A DNA stretch of 60,393 bases from Candidatus Levyibacteriota bacterium (GTDB taxonomy: Bacteria > Patescibacteriota > Microgenomatia > Levybacterales > UBA12049). Position numbers and translations under genes: made by a program. The stretch covers positions 1-60,393 of the forward strand of contig JBBSGT010000004.1 in assembly GCA_038253825.1 (NCBI GenBank), written 5' to 3'. The number at the start of each line of letters is the position of its first letter. Position 1 is the stretch's first letter. The notes beneath the pieces are model-generated. The model did no database searches. It saw only the letters and a program-made list of their open reading frames with translations, and was not told the origin of the DNA. Shown here one piece after another: positions 37,114 through 46,488 of this stretch.

Positions 37114-37840
37114 TTTTAGGTTTAGTAGTGGCTTTTCGTAATGCATTTAATTCTTTTTTTGTTAGTTCTCTATATTTCCATACTTTGATATCAAGATTTA
37201 TCGGTCCGAATTTTATCCGTTTCAGTTCAAGTAGTTTTACTCCAACTGTTTCGCACATTCTTCGAATTTGTCTATTCCTTCCTTCATGAATCGTCATTTC
37301 TAGCAAAGAATTCATATTATTCTCTTTGACAATTTTCACCTCTGCCGGGTAGGTTATGCCATCCTCCAACAAGACACCGTTGCGCAATGCACGTAATTGT
37401 TCTTTTGTTGCTCTCCCCTCAATTGTTAAAGCATAGACTTTATCAACGTGATATTTTGGATGCGTAAGGAGATTTGTTAGTGCACCATCATTGGTTAGTA
37501 GTAGCAATCCTGTTGTATCTTTATCCAATCTTCCCACTGGATAAAGCCGATGCCTAGTAGTAATTAATGAAAGTACATTTTTTCTTCCGAATTCATCTGC
37601 TGTTGTTGAAATGATACCTTTGGGTTTGTTAATTAAATAATAGACAAGTTCTGGTGCTTTAATTTTATTTCCATTAAACTTAACATCATCCTTGTATGGA
37701 TTAATCCGTGTTCCAGGTTCTTTGATACGTTCACCATTAACGGTTAGTGTGTGTGTGTGTAGTAATTGTTTTACATCTCTTCGAGAGCAAATTCCCAGAT
37801 TTGCCAAATATTTATTTATTCGAATTGTTGTTTCTTCCAT
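37097..37840 (-). CDS. rRNA pseudouridine synthase (RsuA/RluB family) with S4 domain
   Basis: S4 motif INKYLANLGICSRRD and catalytic GRLDKDTTGLLLLTNDG. Confidence 0.85.
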   Translation of the reverse strand: MEETTIRINKYLANLGICSRRDVKQLLHTHTLTVNGERIKEPGTRINPYKDDVKFNGNKIKAPELVYYLINKPKGIISTTADEFGRKNVLSLITTRHRLYPVGRLDKDTTGLLLLTNDGALTNLLTHPKYHVDKVYALTIEGRATKEQLRALRNGVLLEDGITYPAEVKIVKENNMNSLLEMTIHEGRNRQIRRMCETVGVKLLELKRIKFGPINLDIKVWKYRELTKKELNALRKATTKPKINANL

Positions 37841-37892
37841 AGATACATTATAGCAACTTGCAAAAGAAGAGATAATTTACTATGCTGGAAAT

Positions 37893-38240
37893 ATGGGAAA
37901 GAAAATATTACTTACGTTTGTTGGTATTGGAGCATCATTTGGAGGTATTGTTTTATTTTATTTATTTCTCATAAGTCTTAATGATCATGGGAATATTCTT
38001 CTTCTTTTAGGTATTCTTCTTTTATTTGGACTGGCAGTATATTTATTCATTTATGTTACGAAAGAGAAATCAAATAATGAAGTTATGAGCATATATTCAA
38101 TTACGAAAGAAGCTGCTGAAAAAAATTTTGCTGCCAAAACCAAGCTTGTTAACGAATATGAAAAGATAGATGATTCGAGAAATAAATTGAAAATGTTAGA
38201 AGCTGCCGGAGCTTCTGCTTCGGATGCTACCAATAAATAG
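37893..38240 (+). CDS. hypothetical membrane protein (2 TM helices plus charged C-terminal tail)
   Basis: 115-aa ORF, hydrophobic N-terminal half. Confidence 0.45.
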   Translation: MGKKILLTFVGIGASFGGIVLFYLFLISLNDHGNILLLLGILLLFGLAVYLFIYVTKEKSNNEVMSIYSITKEAAEKNFAAKTKLVNEYEKIDDSRNKLKMLEAAGASASDATNK

Positions 38241-38249
38241 AGAAGAAAA

Positions 38250-38690
38250 TTATTTTTTTGTAACTGATTGATCGCTTAATAATATCGTAAGCAAATCGGA
38301 AAGTTGTTTATTTTGCTTTTCAGATAATCGGTCTAAATTTACCGGTTGAAAGTTACTTATCTCAGCAGAAATTTTGATACAAAGCTGCGTCCCCTTAATA
38401 GTTAATTTAATCATTTTTTCTCTTCGATCCTCCGGGTTTTCTGCTCGAACAATGTATTTATTAAGCAATAATCGATCGACAATACCTGTAACATTTGAAG
38501 CGTCACAATGCAGCATGGAAGAAAGAGAATTCATCGGGATAGAATTAGTACTATCGAGAAGACATAATGTATATAGTTGCATAACAGATAGCTTGTATTT
38601 TTCTGCAACCCTCATGAGGTCATGCTTTGCAGCTATCGCGACTTGCAATAATTTCCATGCAAGCTCATCCTTTATATATGTATCGTTCAT
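38250..38690 (-). CDS. MarR family transcriptional regulator
   Basis: 146 aa. wHTH VTGIVDRLLLNKYIVRAENPEDRR. Divergent from the MFS gene. Confidence 0.85.
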   Translation of the reverse strand: MNDTYIKDELAWKLLQVAIAAKHDLMRVAEKYKLSVMQLYTLCLLDSTNSIPMNSLSSMLHCDASNVTGIVDRLLLNKYIVRAENPEDRREKMIKLTIKGTQLCIKISAEISNFQPVNLDRLSEKQNKQLSDLLTILLSDQSVTKK

Positions 38691-38778
38691 AATGTTATTA
38701 TAATTTAATTATATAGTAAATTCAATAGTTGACAATATAAATTATTTAAATATAAAATGGTTTAGTTATTAAACAAAT

Positions 38779-40170
38779 ATGAATAAAAAATGGAAAATCT
38801 TTACTTTCGTTGCAATAGCTCAGTTTATGGTTGTTCTTGACTCCTCTATCACAAATGTTGCTTTGCCGGAGATAAAACAATCACTGCATTTTTCTACAAA
38901 TACATTACAATGGGTTATCACCGCATATGCCTTGACGTTCGGGGGCTTTTTGCTTTTTGGCGGAAGAGCTGCGGATTTATTTGGTAGAAGAAAGACCCTA
39001 CTTCTTGGGATGAGTGGATTTACCTTAATTTCTCTTTTCATAGGTTTATCTCAATCTTCTTTTATGATTATTGCTTTACGCGCTTTACAAGGATTATCAG
39101 CGGCATTTATGTCTCCTTCTGCTCTATCAATTGTCCTTACAACATTTCCAGAAGGAAATGAACGCAATCGAGCATTGGGATTTTGGACAACTATAGCGAC
39201 AGGTGGTGCGGCTGTCGGACTTCTACTCGGGGGAACTTTGACGCAATATTTAGGTTGGCGTTGGAATTTTTTCATTAACGTGCCTATTGGAATTTTTGTT
39301 ATTACTATGTTATCGCGGATACTCCCGCAGCATGAGCAAGAAGAAGTTAATCCTAGTCAATTAGATTTACCGGGTGCAGCGCTTGTGACTGCAAGTATTA
39401 TTTCTTTGGTCTATGTCGTGAGTGAAGGCGCGATCTGGGGTTGGCTAAGTCTTCAAACAATAGGACTATTTATCCTTTCTCTCGTTTTACTTGTTGGCTT
39501 TATTATTCGAGAATCTCTTACAAAAAATCCACTTATACCGTTATCAATTTTCAAGTCTCGAAATGTAACCGGAGCAAATCTTATGATGGCGCCTATCTTT
39601 GCGGGAATGTTTGGAAATTTTTTCATGATATCTCTTTATATACAAACGGTTATGCATTTTGATCCAGTTTTAACTGGACTTAGTTTCCTGCCTTTTCCTA
39701 TCATACTCGGAATTACTTCAACACAAGTTGCAAAACTGGTTTCAAAGTACGGATATAAACGATTTTTACTTATTGGACCAATTATTGTTGCCTTAGCAAT
39801 GGCCTGGTTTACAAGATTACCTGTACAGGGGAATTACTTCCTCGATGTGTTACCGGGTTTGTTGCTGATGCCTTTTGGATTGGGTATGACATTTACACCG
39901 ATTGTATTAGCGGCAACTTCCGGGGTTCCCGGCAATAGAGCTGGTTTGGCATCTGGACTTATCAATACCTCACAACAAATGGGTGGCGCACTCGGACTCT
40001 CGATACTTTCAAGTGTAGCAGCGACAGTCACGGCAAATAATTCTTCCCTTGGTAAGTTAACTGCAACGGTAATTGGTTACCAACATGCGTTTTCTGTTGC
40101 TGTGATACTCATTATTTTTGCAACTGTTTTGGGAACAATTTTGATCGTAGAAAAAAAGCGTCCATCCTAA
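38779..40170 (+). CDS. MFS transporter, DHA2 (EmrB/QacA) family
   Basis: 463 aa. LDSSITNVALP, GGRAADLFGRRK, WRWNFFINVPIG. Confidence 0.9.
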   Translation: MNKKWKIFTFVAIAQFMVVLDSSITNVALPEIKQSLHFSTNTLQWVITAYALTFGGFLLFGGRAADLFGRRKTLLLGMSGFTLISLFIGLSQSSFMIIALRALQGLSAAFMSPSALSIVLTTFPEGNERNRALGFWTTIATGGAAVGLLLGGTLTQYLGWRWNFFINVPIGIFVITMLSRILPQHEQEEVNPSQLDLPGAALVTASIISLVYVVSEGAIWGWLSLQTIGLFILSLVLLVGFIIRESLTKNPLIPLSIFKSRNVTGANLMMAPIFAGMFGNFFMISLYIQTVMHFDPVLTGLSFLPFPIILGITSTQVAKLVSKYGYKRFLLIGPIIVALAMAWFTRLPVQGNYFLDVLPGLLLMPFGLGMTFTPIVLAATSGVPGNRAGLASGLINTSQQMGGALGLSILSSVAATVTANNSSLGKLTATVIGYQHAFSVAVILIIFATVLGTILIVEKKRPS

Positions 40171-40234
40171 ACTTCTTTTAGAACATTTGCTTTTTTTATT
40201 AAAATATAAGTATACTAAATATAGTTATTATGCT

Positions 40235-40984
40235 ATGTTATCAGTATTTATTATAGCTTTCCGAGAGTTTTTTGAAGCTTTTTTACTGGTTGGTGTCTTG
40301 CTCAGTATATCGCGTAAGTTTCATCTCCAAAAAACAGGCAGTATTCTTGCGGGCTCAGTTGTCGGACTTCTGGTTGTTTTTGTTATTGCTACTATTGTAT
40401 TTAGTCTGGATTCCAATCTAGCAAAATATATCCCCAAAGACTCTGCTGATCTTATTGAAGGGTGGTTATTTACCCTCTCAGGTATTTTCATTGCCTATGC
40501 AGTATTTAGTCTCCATAAAATATTATCTTTTCATGAAAAAGAAAATATAAAAAAAGTAAAAAAAAATGTAGATCAGTATAAGGCTTCATATTGGCTTATG
40601 CCGGTTACCGCATTTCTTTTTGTTTTTAAAGAAGGATGCGAAGGCGTCTTATTCAATGTATCAAATGGATTATTTTATACATTTACACATGACTTAATCG
40701 GGTTTGGACTTGCTTTTGTTGCTGCTCTCATCTGCGGGTTTATTTTACAAAAGTTTCTTATGCATTTTTCAATAAAGCGCGTTTTTAAGATAACCGAAGT
40801 ATTCATTATCTTTGTTGGGGTAGATGCAATTTCGGAAGGTTTAGAAAAATTAGCTACTTTTTATTTCAATTTCAGTATTGAGCCTTATGCTATGGTCATT
40901 GCTCTTTTCTACATTATTATCATTTATCAATTTTTTATAAAAGAACCAAAAATATCTGAGAACACAACGCTTAAAAAAAAATAG
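40235..40984 (+). CDS. FTR1/EfeU-like iron permease family protein (divergent)
   Basis: 7-TM protein with REFFEA (RExxE) in TM1 and KEGCEG in TM4. Confidence 0.6.
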   Translation: MLSVFIIAFREFFEAFLLVGVLLSISRKFHLQKTGSILAGSVVGLLVVFVIATIVFSLDSNLAKYIPKDSADLIEGWLFTLSGIFIAYAVFSLHKILSFHEKENIKKVKKNVDQYKASYWLMPVTAFLFVFKEGCEGVLFNVSNGLFYTFTHDLIGFGLAFVAALICGFILQKFLMHFSIKRVFKITEVFIIFVGVDAISEGLEKLATFYFNFSIEPYAMVIALFYIIIIYQFFIKEPKISENTTLKKK

Positions 40985-41005
40985 GTTCGACACACTAAAA
41001 AAAGA

Positions 41006-41968
41006 TTATTGCAATAATTTTTCTAAAGTAGCGCTAAAACTTTTAATACTTTTTTCGTCGAAGAGTGTACATGTCAATACTTTCTTTCCCATTTTTTTGA
41101 AAACAGTTATATCTTCTTTTAAAGTTTTCTCATCGATGAGATCTATTTTCGTCAGCAAAATAATCTCAGGTTTTTCGAGTAGTGATCTATTATATTTTTC
41201 AAATTCATTACGGACTATCTCATACTTTTTTTTGAGTTCTCCCCCATCAACTTCGATACAATGAATGATTATTTTTGTCTTTTCGATATGGCGTAAAAAT
41301 GTGGAGCCCAATCCTTTTCCGTCTGCTGCACCTTCAATAAGTCCAGGAATATCTGCTATCGGATGTTTGCCCAACATACCGATATTTGGTGAGAGTGTAG
41401 TAAAAGGATAATCTCCAATTTTTGGTGTAGCATTGGTAAGCATAGCGAGTAAACTACTTTTCCCTGCGTTAGGTAATCCGATAAGTCCGATTTCTGCAAT
41501 CAATCTCAGTTCAAGTAATACTATTTTTTCTTCACCCTTTGTACCATATTCTGCATACATCGGTGTTTGGTTTGTTGCTGATTTAAATTCATTATTTCCT
41601 CTGCCACCTTTCCCCCCTTTTGCTATCAGCAGGGGTGTCTCGCTATTTGTTATTTCATATATTTTATTTGTTACGGTATCGGTAATCTTTGTCCCATGTG
41701 GGACAAGAATTGTCATGTCAACTGCGTTTTTTCCAAATAATTTTTGCCGTCCTCCAGCTACTCCATCCATTGCAGCAATTTTCTTTTTATAGCGAAATTC
41801 GCGAAGATCATTAATATTGTTTGAGCCTTGAAAGTACATGTTGCCTCCATTTCCCCCATTCCCCCCATCCGGTCCTCCTTTGAAAGTTAGACCATTATGG
41901 AGAAGTGATGCTGAACCATTCCCCCCATCACCCGCTTTTATTGTAAGTGTTACATTATCAACTAGCAT
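41006..41968 (-). CDS. obg: GTPase Obg/CgtA
   Basis: Gly-rich Obg fold (KAGDGGNGSAS, GGPDGGNGGNGG), G1 GLPNAGKSSLL, and DIPGLIEGA. Confidence 0.9.
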   Translation of the reverse strand: MLVDNVTLTIKAGDGGNGSASLLHNGLTFKGGPDGGNGGNGGNMYFQGSNNINDLREFRYKKKIAAMDGVAGGRQKLFGKNAVDMTILVPHGTKITDTVTNKIYEITNSETPLLIAKGGKGGRGNNEFKSATNQTPMYAEYGTKGEEKIVLLELRLIAEIGLIGLPNAGKSSLLAMLTNATPKIGDYPFTTLSPNIGMLGKHPIADIPGLIEGAADGKGLGSTFLRHIEKTKIIIHCIEVDGGELKKKYEIVRNEFEKYNRSLLEKPEIILLTKIDLIDEKTLKEDITVFKKMGKKVLTCTLFDEKSIKSFSATLEKLLQ

Positions 41969-42104
41969 ACTGACTATTGTATCATGAGATCATGTTTTAT
42001 TAACTTTCTATGCTTTTTTGCAGATCCAACTATGTCCGCTTACTCCTTTATTACGCGATTCAACCAGTTATACTAACTACATTTGCAATAATATACAAAG
42101 TAGT

Positions 42105-42209
42105 ATGTTTTTATTCTTTGCATCTCCATTAGGAATCGGTCTATCAGTACTCTTAAGTATTATTGGAACAGTAATACTACTTGCCTTCACAGGATTTCTC
42201 TCCCACTAG
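42105..42209 (+). CDS. possible small hydrophobic peptide (34 aa), doubtful
   Basis: MFLFFASPLGIGLSVLLSIIGTVILLAFTGFLSH, located in a 346-nt gap. No clear SD. Confidence 0.2.
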   Translation: MFLFFASPLGIGLSVLLSIIGTVILLAFTGFLSH

Positions 42210-42314
42210 ATACAGTTCATTAAAGCATGCAACAGAACAATGGAATTATCTATAGAATCTTAAGCGTACTCCTTATTGACATGTATTTCATTAAATCAAA
42301 ATTTCCATAATTTA

Positions 42315-44108
42315 TTAATCGCTAACGAAGCCATCTTTTTGTCGCTTCCAAAGATCTGCATAGATACCATTTTTCTTTATCAAATCTTCATGTTTGCCAT
42401 ATTCTACAATTTTGCCAAGATCTAAAACGATAATTTTATCCAGATGTCTCAGTGTAGAAAGACGATGAGCGATGACAATCGATGTCCTATCTTGCATAAG
42501 TCTATACATTGCTTTTTGAATAGCTTGTTCGCTGACACTGTCAAGGGCACTTGTTGCTTCGTCGAGAATGAGCAAAGGAGCATTTTGCAGCACGGCTCGT
42601 GCTATGGCAATACGTTGACGTTGTCCGCCCGACAATTTAACACCACGTTCACCGATAATCGTATCAAGCTGCTGTGGTAGTTTCTGAACAAAATCAGTTG
42701 CTTGAGCTTGTTTAAGTGCCAGAAGTATGGCGTCATCGTCAGCCTCTGGCCGGGCATAGAGAATATTATCTCGGACACTTCGGTTAAATAAATTGGTATC
42801 CTGCGGTACATAGGAACTAAAACTGCGGATGAATGCCGGGCCGTGATCAAATGTGCTTTTGCCATTTAGCAAAATTGTTCCGCTCGTAGGTTCGTATAAC
42901 CCTAACAGTAACCCAACCAGGGTTGATTTACCTGCCCCACTATGTCCCACTACGCCTATTTTTTCGCCATATTTGATTTTTAAATTAATACCATCAAGCA
43001 CCGCTATCCTTTTTTGCTCGGGATAGACAAAGCTGAGGTCATTTAATTCCAATGTGACCGGTTCTGTTTGTTGGATAGAACTTTTACTACCTGCAACATA
43101 CCGTTCATCTTCAGTTTGTAATCCCTCTAATGCATTTTGTATCGTGCCAAAGTTACGATAATAACTATCAAACGCCCAAGCTAATTCCCATAAACTACTA
43201 CTAGCATCAGTAAAGTAAGCAAGGAAAAGCACAATCCCGCCAATAGGTATAATACTGTGACTGTACAGTAAAAGGACAAGTAAGAGCGCAATGACACTTA
43301 CCACCGCTGCACTCTGCCCTTTTACAGCATTCGTGATGAAATTTTGCCACCATGAATCGCGCCATCGCGCAATAATACGGGTTTGCGCCTGAGCGAGCAA
43401 CTGATGCTCAACATGTCGTGCTCCGAATACTCGTACGCTCACGTGGTTGCTAATTGAATCAACCACTAATCCAGATGCCTTACTCGTTTCATCGCTTTGT
43501 AATGCTACCAATTCACCAAATCGCTTACCACGTTTTACATTATAAGCAAAAAGTGCTATGAGCCATATTATAAATACGATAGCCACAGACCAATGTATGG
43601 TAAATAGAAATCCCGCTGCAATTATCAAAGCCAATACTCTACCCCATACATTCCAAATAGTTGTATCCACCAATTCGTTAGTTGTCTCGACAGTTTGGTT
43701 AATCCAATGAGCGATACGTCCACTACTAGAATCGACGAAATATGAGTAGGGCTTTTTATGAATTGCTGTAAAAAGATTGATACGAACGCTTTCAATCATT
43801 TGTGGTTTGAATGTTCGCATAAGCAGTTCACCAAGCCGCCAAAAAATTTCATCAAGGAAGCGCAACACAGCGTAGGCAATTACAAGCTGCCATACATAAT
43901 CATCAAGATTATGGGTTTTACTCAAATCATCAATAATCTTGGATATCATTAATGGCGAAGCAGTCGAAGCTAATGTACCTAAAAAAGTTATGAAGAAGAA
44001 CAACACAGTTTTATTTTTATATGGGTTAACCATACGTTTGACCAATTGCTGTGGAGATGAGGGAATACTAAATTCGTCGGATTTATCCTTGCGCGTTTCG
44101 TCTTGCAT
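42315..44108 (-). CDS. ABC transporter ATP-binding/permease fusion (MsbA/exporter type)
   Basis: 6-TM ABC_membrane domain. Walker A GHSGAGKST, signature LSGGQRQR, Walker B LLILDEATSALD. Start uncertain (ATG 44108 versus TTG 44135). Confidence 0.9.
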   Translation of the reverse strand: MQDETRKDKSDEFSIPSSPQQLVKRMVNPYKNKTVLFFFITFLGTLASTASPLMISKIIDDLSKTHNLDDYVWQLVIAYAVLRFLDEIFWRLGELLMRTFKPQMIESVRINLFTAIHKKPYSYFVDSSSGRIAHWINQTVETTNELVDTTIWNVWGRVLALIIAAGFLFTIHWSVAIVFIIWLIALFAYNVKRGKRFGELVALQSDETSKASGLVVDSISNHVSVRVFGARHVEHQLLAQAQTRIIARWRDSWWQNFITNAVKGQSAAVVSVIALLLVLLLYSHSIIPIGGIVLFLAYFTDASSSLWELAWAFDSYYRNFGTIQNALEGLQTEDERYVAGSKSSIQQTEPVTLELNDLSFVYPEQKRIAVLDGINLKIKYGEKIGVVGHSGAGKSTLVGLLLGLYEPTSGTILLNGKSTFDHGPAFIRSFSSYVPQDTNLFNRSVRDNILYARPEADDDAILLALKQAQATDFVQKLPQQLDTIIGERGVKLSGGQRQRIAIARAVLQNAPLLILDEATSALDSVSEQAIQKAMYRLMQDRTSIVIAHRLSTLRHLDKIIVLDLGKIVEYGKHEDLIKKNGIYADLWKRQKDGFVSD

Positions 44109-44265
44109 CACCTCATGATAACAAAGCGGAGGCAAAAAAGGTAGGAGATCGCTAATTCATATGTGGCTGTCGATCCTTGATCTTAGTGCCCCGAGGGGTA
44201 CAAGCTTGTCTTTTTATCGGAATTAATGTATTACGCACTCGTATAACTGAGATATAATAAGTTAT

Positions 44266-44522
44266 ATGAAGACAAGACCAATTACAATAAAAGATTATTC
44301 TCAATTGGTTGGGTTTTTGAAAGATAACTATTTACTTACGTCATTGGATGAATATGAACTTGTAAAACTTTTCCATCACTAGTTAAAGAAGCTGTGAAGA
44401 GAATTCAAGACGAAGGCGCACTAGATATTCGATTTAATACATCAGAAGATTTAATTCCTTTTTACGAAAAATGTGGATTTAAAAGGGATAGTCGGCCTTC
44501 AATGATAATTAAGAAATTTTAA
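44266..44522 (+). pseudogene. GNAT acetyltransferase remnant (internal deletion plus frameshift)
   Basis: N-terminal MKTRPITIKDYSQLVGFLKD..FHH* stops at 44380. A different frame continues ..VKEAVKRIQDEGALDIRFNTSEDLIPFYEKCGFKRD. The acetyl-CoA-binding core is missing. Confidence 0.55.
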
Positions 44523-44598
44523 TTTCTGGCGGATATAAAGAGTATTTCAACATACTGTCTAAGTAAAAAAAAGAAGTTCTCTCTTCCCAATTATGCGT

Positions 44599-44646
44599 AA
44601 TACAGGTGAAAGGATTGAGTACCTCTTCACCTGTATTATATTTTTG
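44599..44646 (+). terminator. strong hairpin followed by a T-run (intrinsic terminator-like)
   Basis: 12-bp perfect stem AATACAGGTGAA / TTCACCTGTATT (44599-44610 / 44626-44637), followed by ATATTTTTG. Confidence 0.55.
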
Positions 44647-44674
44647 TTCTTAAATTAAGAACTTATGCTATTTA

Positions 44675-45538
44675 TTAGTGACGAAACATATTCATGCCTC
44701 CGCCGTTAAAAATAGACATTCTACTCATCCCGTCTCCTGAGTTAAGCAATGTAGCGCCTCCTGTATTAAAACTGGAATGATTGTTACCAGTATTTACATT
44801 AGAATGCACATCGTTATTTACTCTGGTATCATTATCCTGAGAAACACGAGTTGTATTGGATGACTCAACATTCACGTTATTTCGTGAATTGGCTCCGTTA
44901 CCACTAATGCCCACCGAAGTTTCACCAGAACCTCCTTGTCCATTACCTAACATTGGAATAAGATGTCCACAAGCAACTGGTAAGGTTGCGTCGTATCCAG
45001 CTTGAGGGTTACTTAAATCCTGATTTGCGTTCACAGTCATACCGTGGATAACGATTTCACGATTTCCAAGTGGCATTACATCCATTGTCGGATCACTGCT
45101 ATTGACCGTGAAGGTTTGATGATACATCTCTGTACCATTTACTCCTGTTGTCTGAAATGGTGTTAATGGCTGTAAGATTGGTCCATAGGTCGTTAATCCT
45201 TCCGCAAGACTAATTGTTGCATCATTATCGGTATTTTGTGCCATTGTTGGGCACGATCCATTACTGCCATCAGTCATCCCATGAATATGTTGCACGTGTG
45301 CTTGATTTGCTTCAAGTCCCCATACATGCATGTTTACTGTGTATTGATCACCCGTTTGGTGTATCGTTGCAAAACCTGACACTCCAGAATTATTTAACGG
45401 AGAGAGATTTACTCTATACGTTTCATTCATATTCTGGTTTGATTGATTGCCTTGGGCATATGATGTTCCAACAGATGTAACTGCCAGTAAAGCAACTGAT
45501 GCAAGAGTAACGCTGAATTTTTTAAGATTAGTATTCAT
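44675..45538 (-). CDS. secreted CHRD-domain-like protein with N/S/G-rich C-terminal tail
   Basis: Signal peptide ..SYA|QG, LSPLNNSGVSG.A..., AHVQHIHG..GSNGSCP pattern, and a strong SD AAGGAGGTGA. Confidence 0.55.
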   Translation of the reverse strand: MNTNLKKFSVTLASVALLAVTSVGTSYAQGNQSNQNMNETYRVNLSPLNNSGVSGFATIHQTGDQYTVNMHVWGLEANQAHVQHIHGMTDGSNGSCPTMAQNTDNDATISLAEGLTTYGPILQPLTPFQTTGVNGTEMYHQTFTVNSSDPTMDVMPLGNREIVIHGMTVNANQDLSNPQAGYDATLPVACGHLIPMLGNGQGGSGETSVGISGNGANSRNNVNVESSNTTRVSQDNDTRVNNDVHSNVNTGNNHSSFNTGGATLLNSGDGMSRMSIFNGGGMNMFRH

Positions 45539-45726
45539 ATTTTCACCTCCTTTCTTAATTAACTATAACTATTTTTATTTTAATAGTTTAATTAATTAAG
45601 TTAATTATAAACTTGGTTAATTAGATGGAGATGAAAATGGAGTAAGAATAGGGAAAGAAGAGAAAAATATGGAGTATAATCAAAAATTAGGAAAACGAGG
45701 AACGGTTAACCGTGAGAAACATCACG

Positions 45727-46068
45727 TTATTTTTTGTGTCCGTATTGAATGACTTTGATTTTTTCTTCTGTAATCAATGCGCTGCCGCTTACCTTCCAGG
45801 TGTCATATGCTGCCTTAAATTCCTCGATCTTTTCTTGTGTATCAACAATTTCAATAATAATCGGTTCATCTGTTGAGAGTTCCAATATATTTGCTGTATG
45901 AACCTTACTTGCTTTTCCAAAGCCTGCAATACCACGAAGTACTGTTACTCCCGCATAATGATTCCTGGCTAAATATTGTACGATGTATTCATAGAGAGTT
46001 TGCCCATCACACTTGTCTTTTTCTCCAATGAACATGCGTAATAATACTGCTTGTGTTTCTTCTTTCAT
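45727..46068 (-). CDS. DUF190 domain protein (crcB-associated)
   Basis: 113 aa. LRMFIGEKDK..GQTLYEYIV..GVTVLRGIAGFG, typical of DUF190. Lies 4 nt after crcB. Confidence 0.8.
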   Translation of the reverse strand: MKEETQAVLLRMFIGEKDKCDGQTLYEYIVQYLARNHYAGVTVLRGIAGFGKASKVHTANILELSTDEPIIIEIVDTQEKIEEFKAAYDTWKVSGSALITEEKIKVIQYGHKK

Positions 46069-46072
46069 ATAG

Positions 46073-46453
46073 TTATTTAATTATTATTATTATAGCAAGT
46101 TGTTTGCTCAAGTAAATGGCAAAAAGACATAAGGAAACGTTAAGTACTAGATTTAGTCCAAAGTGCATATAATCTGATAATTCAGCTAATCGAAATGATT
46201 CAAATGCAAAGGTAGACATCGTTGTATAGGCACCGATAAACCCAACTGTAATCATGTTACGTACATCAGGATCAATGTTTCTTCCATAGAGCACTGCATA
46301 GCTAATAAATCCAAGGATAAAACTCCCAGTTACATTCACAAAGAGTGTCCCAAGGGGAAATGAAGGTAATAAACTACCTACATATCGCGAGATTAAAAAT
46401 CTGCTGACTGAGCCGAAGAATCCACCAATACCGATTAATAATATTTGATTCAT
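46073..46453 (-). CDS. crcB: fluoride channel CrcB/FluC
   Basis: 126 aa, 4 TM. GGFFGSVSRF, PLGTLFVNVTGSF, GFIGAYTTMSTF. Confidence 0.9.
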   Translation of the reverse strand: MNQILLIGIGGFFGSVSRFLISRYVGSLLPSFPLGTLFVNVTGSFILGFISYAVLYGRNIDPDVRNMITVGFIGAYTTMSTFAFESFRLAELSDYMHFGLNLVLNVSLCLFAIYLSKQLAIIIIIK

Positions 46454-46488
46454 AATTATGAAAATTATATGAACTTCACCTTTTTTTC

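Noticed and set aside
44186-44201. GC-rich hairpin GTGCCCCGAGGGGTAC upstream of the ABC transporter, considered as a riboswitch, tRNA fragment or terminator.
   Set aside because: It is only a 6-bp stem, with no flanking conserved riboswitch elements that I recognise, no adjacent U-tract and no tRNA-like arms. Left unassigned.
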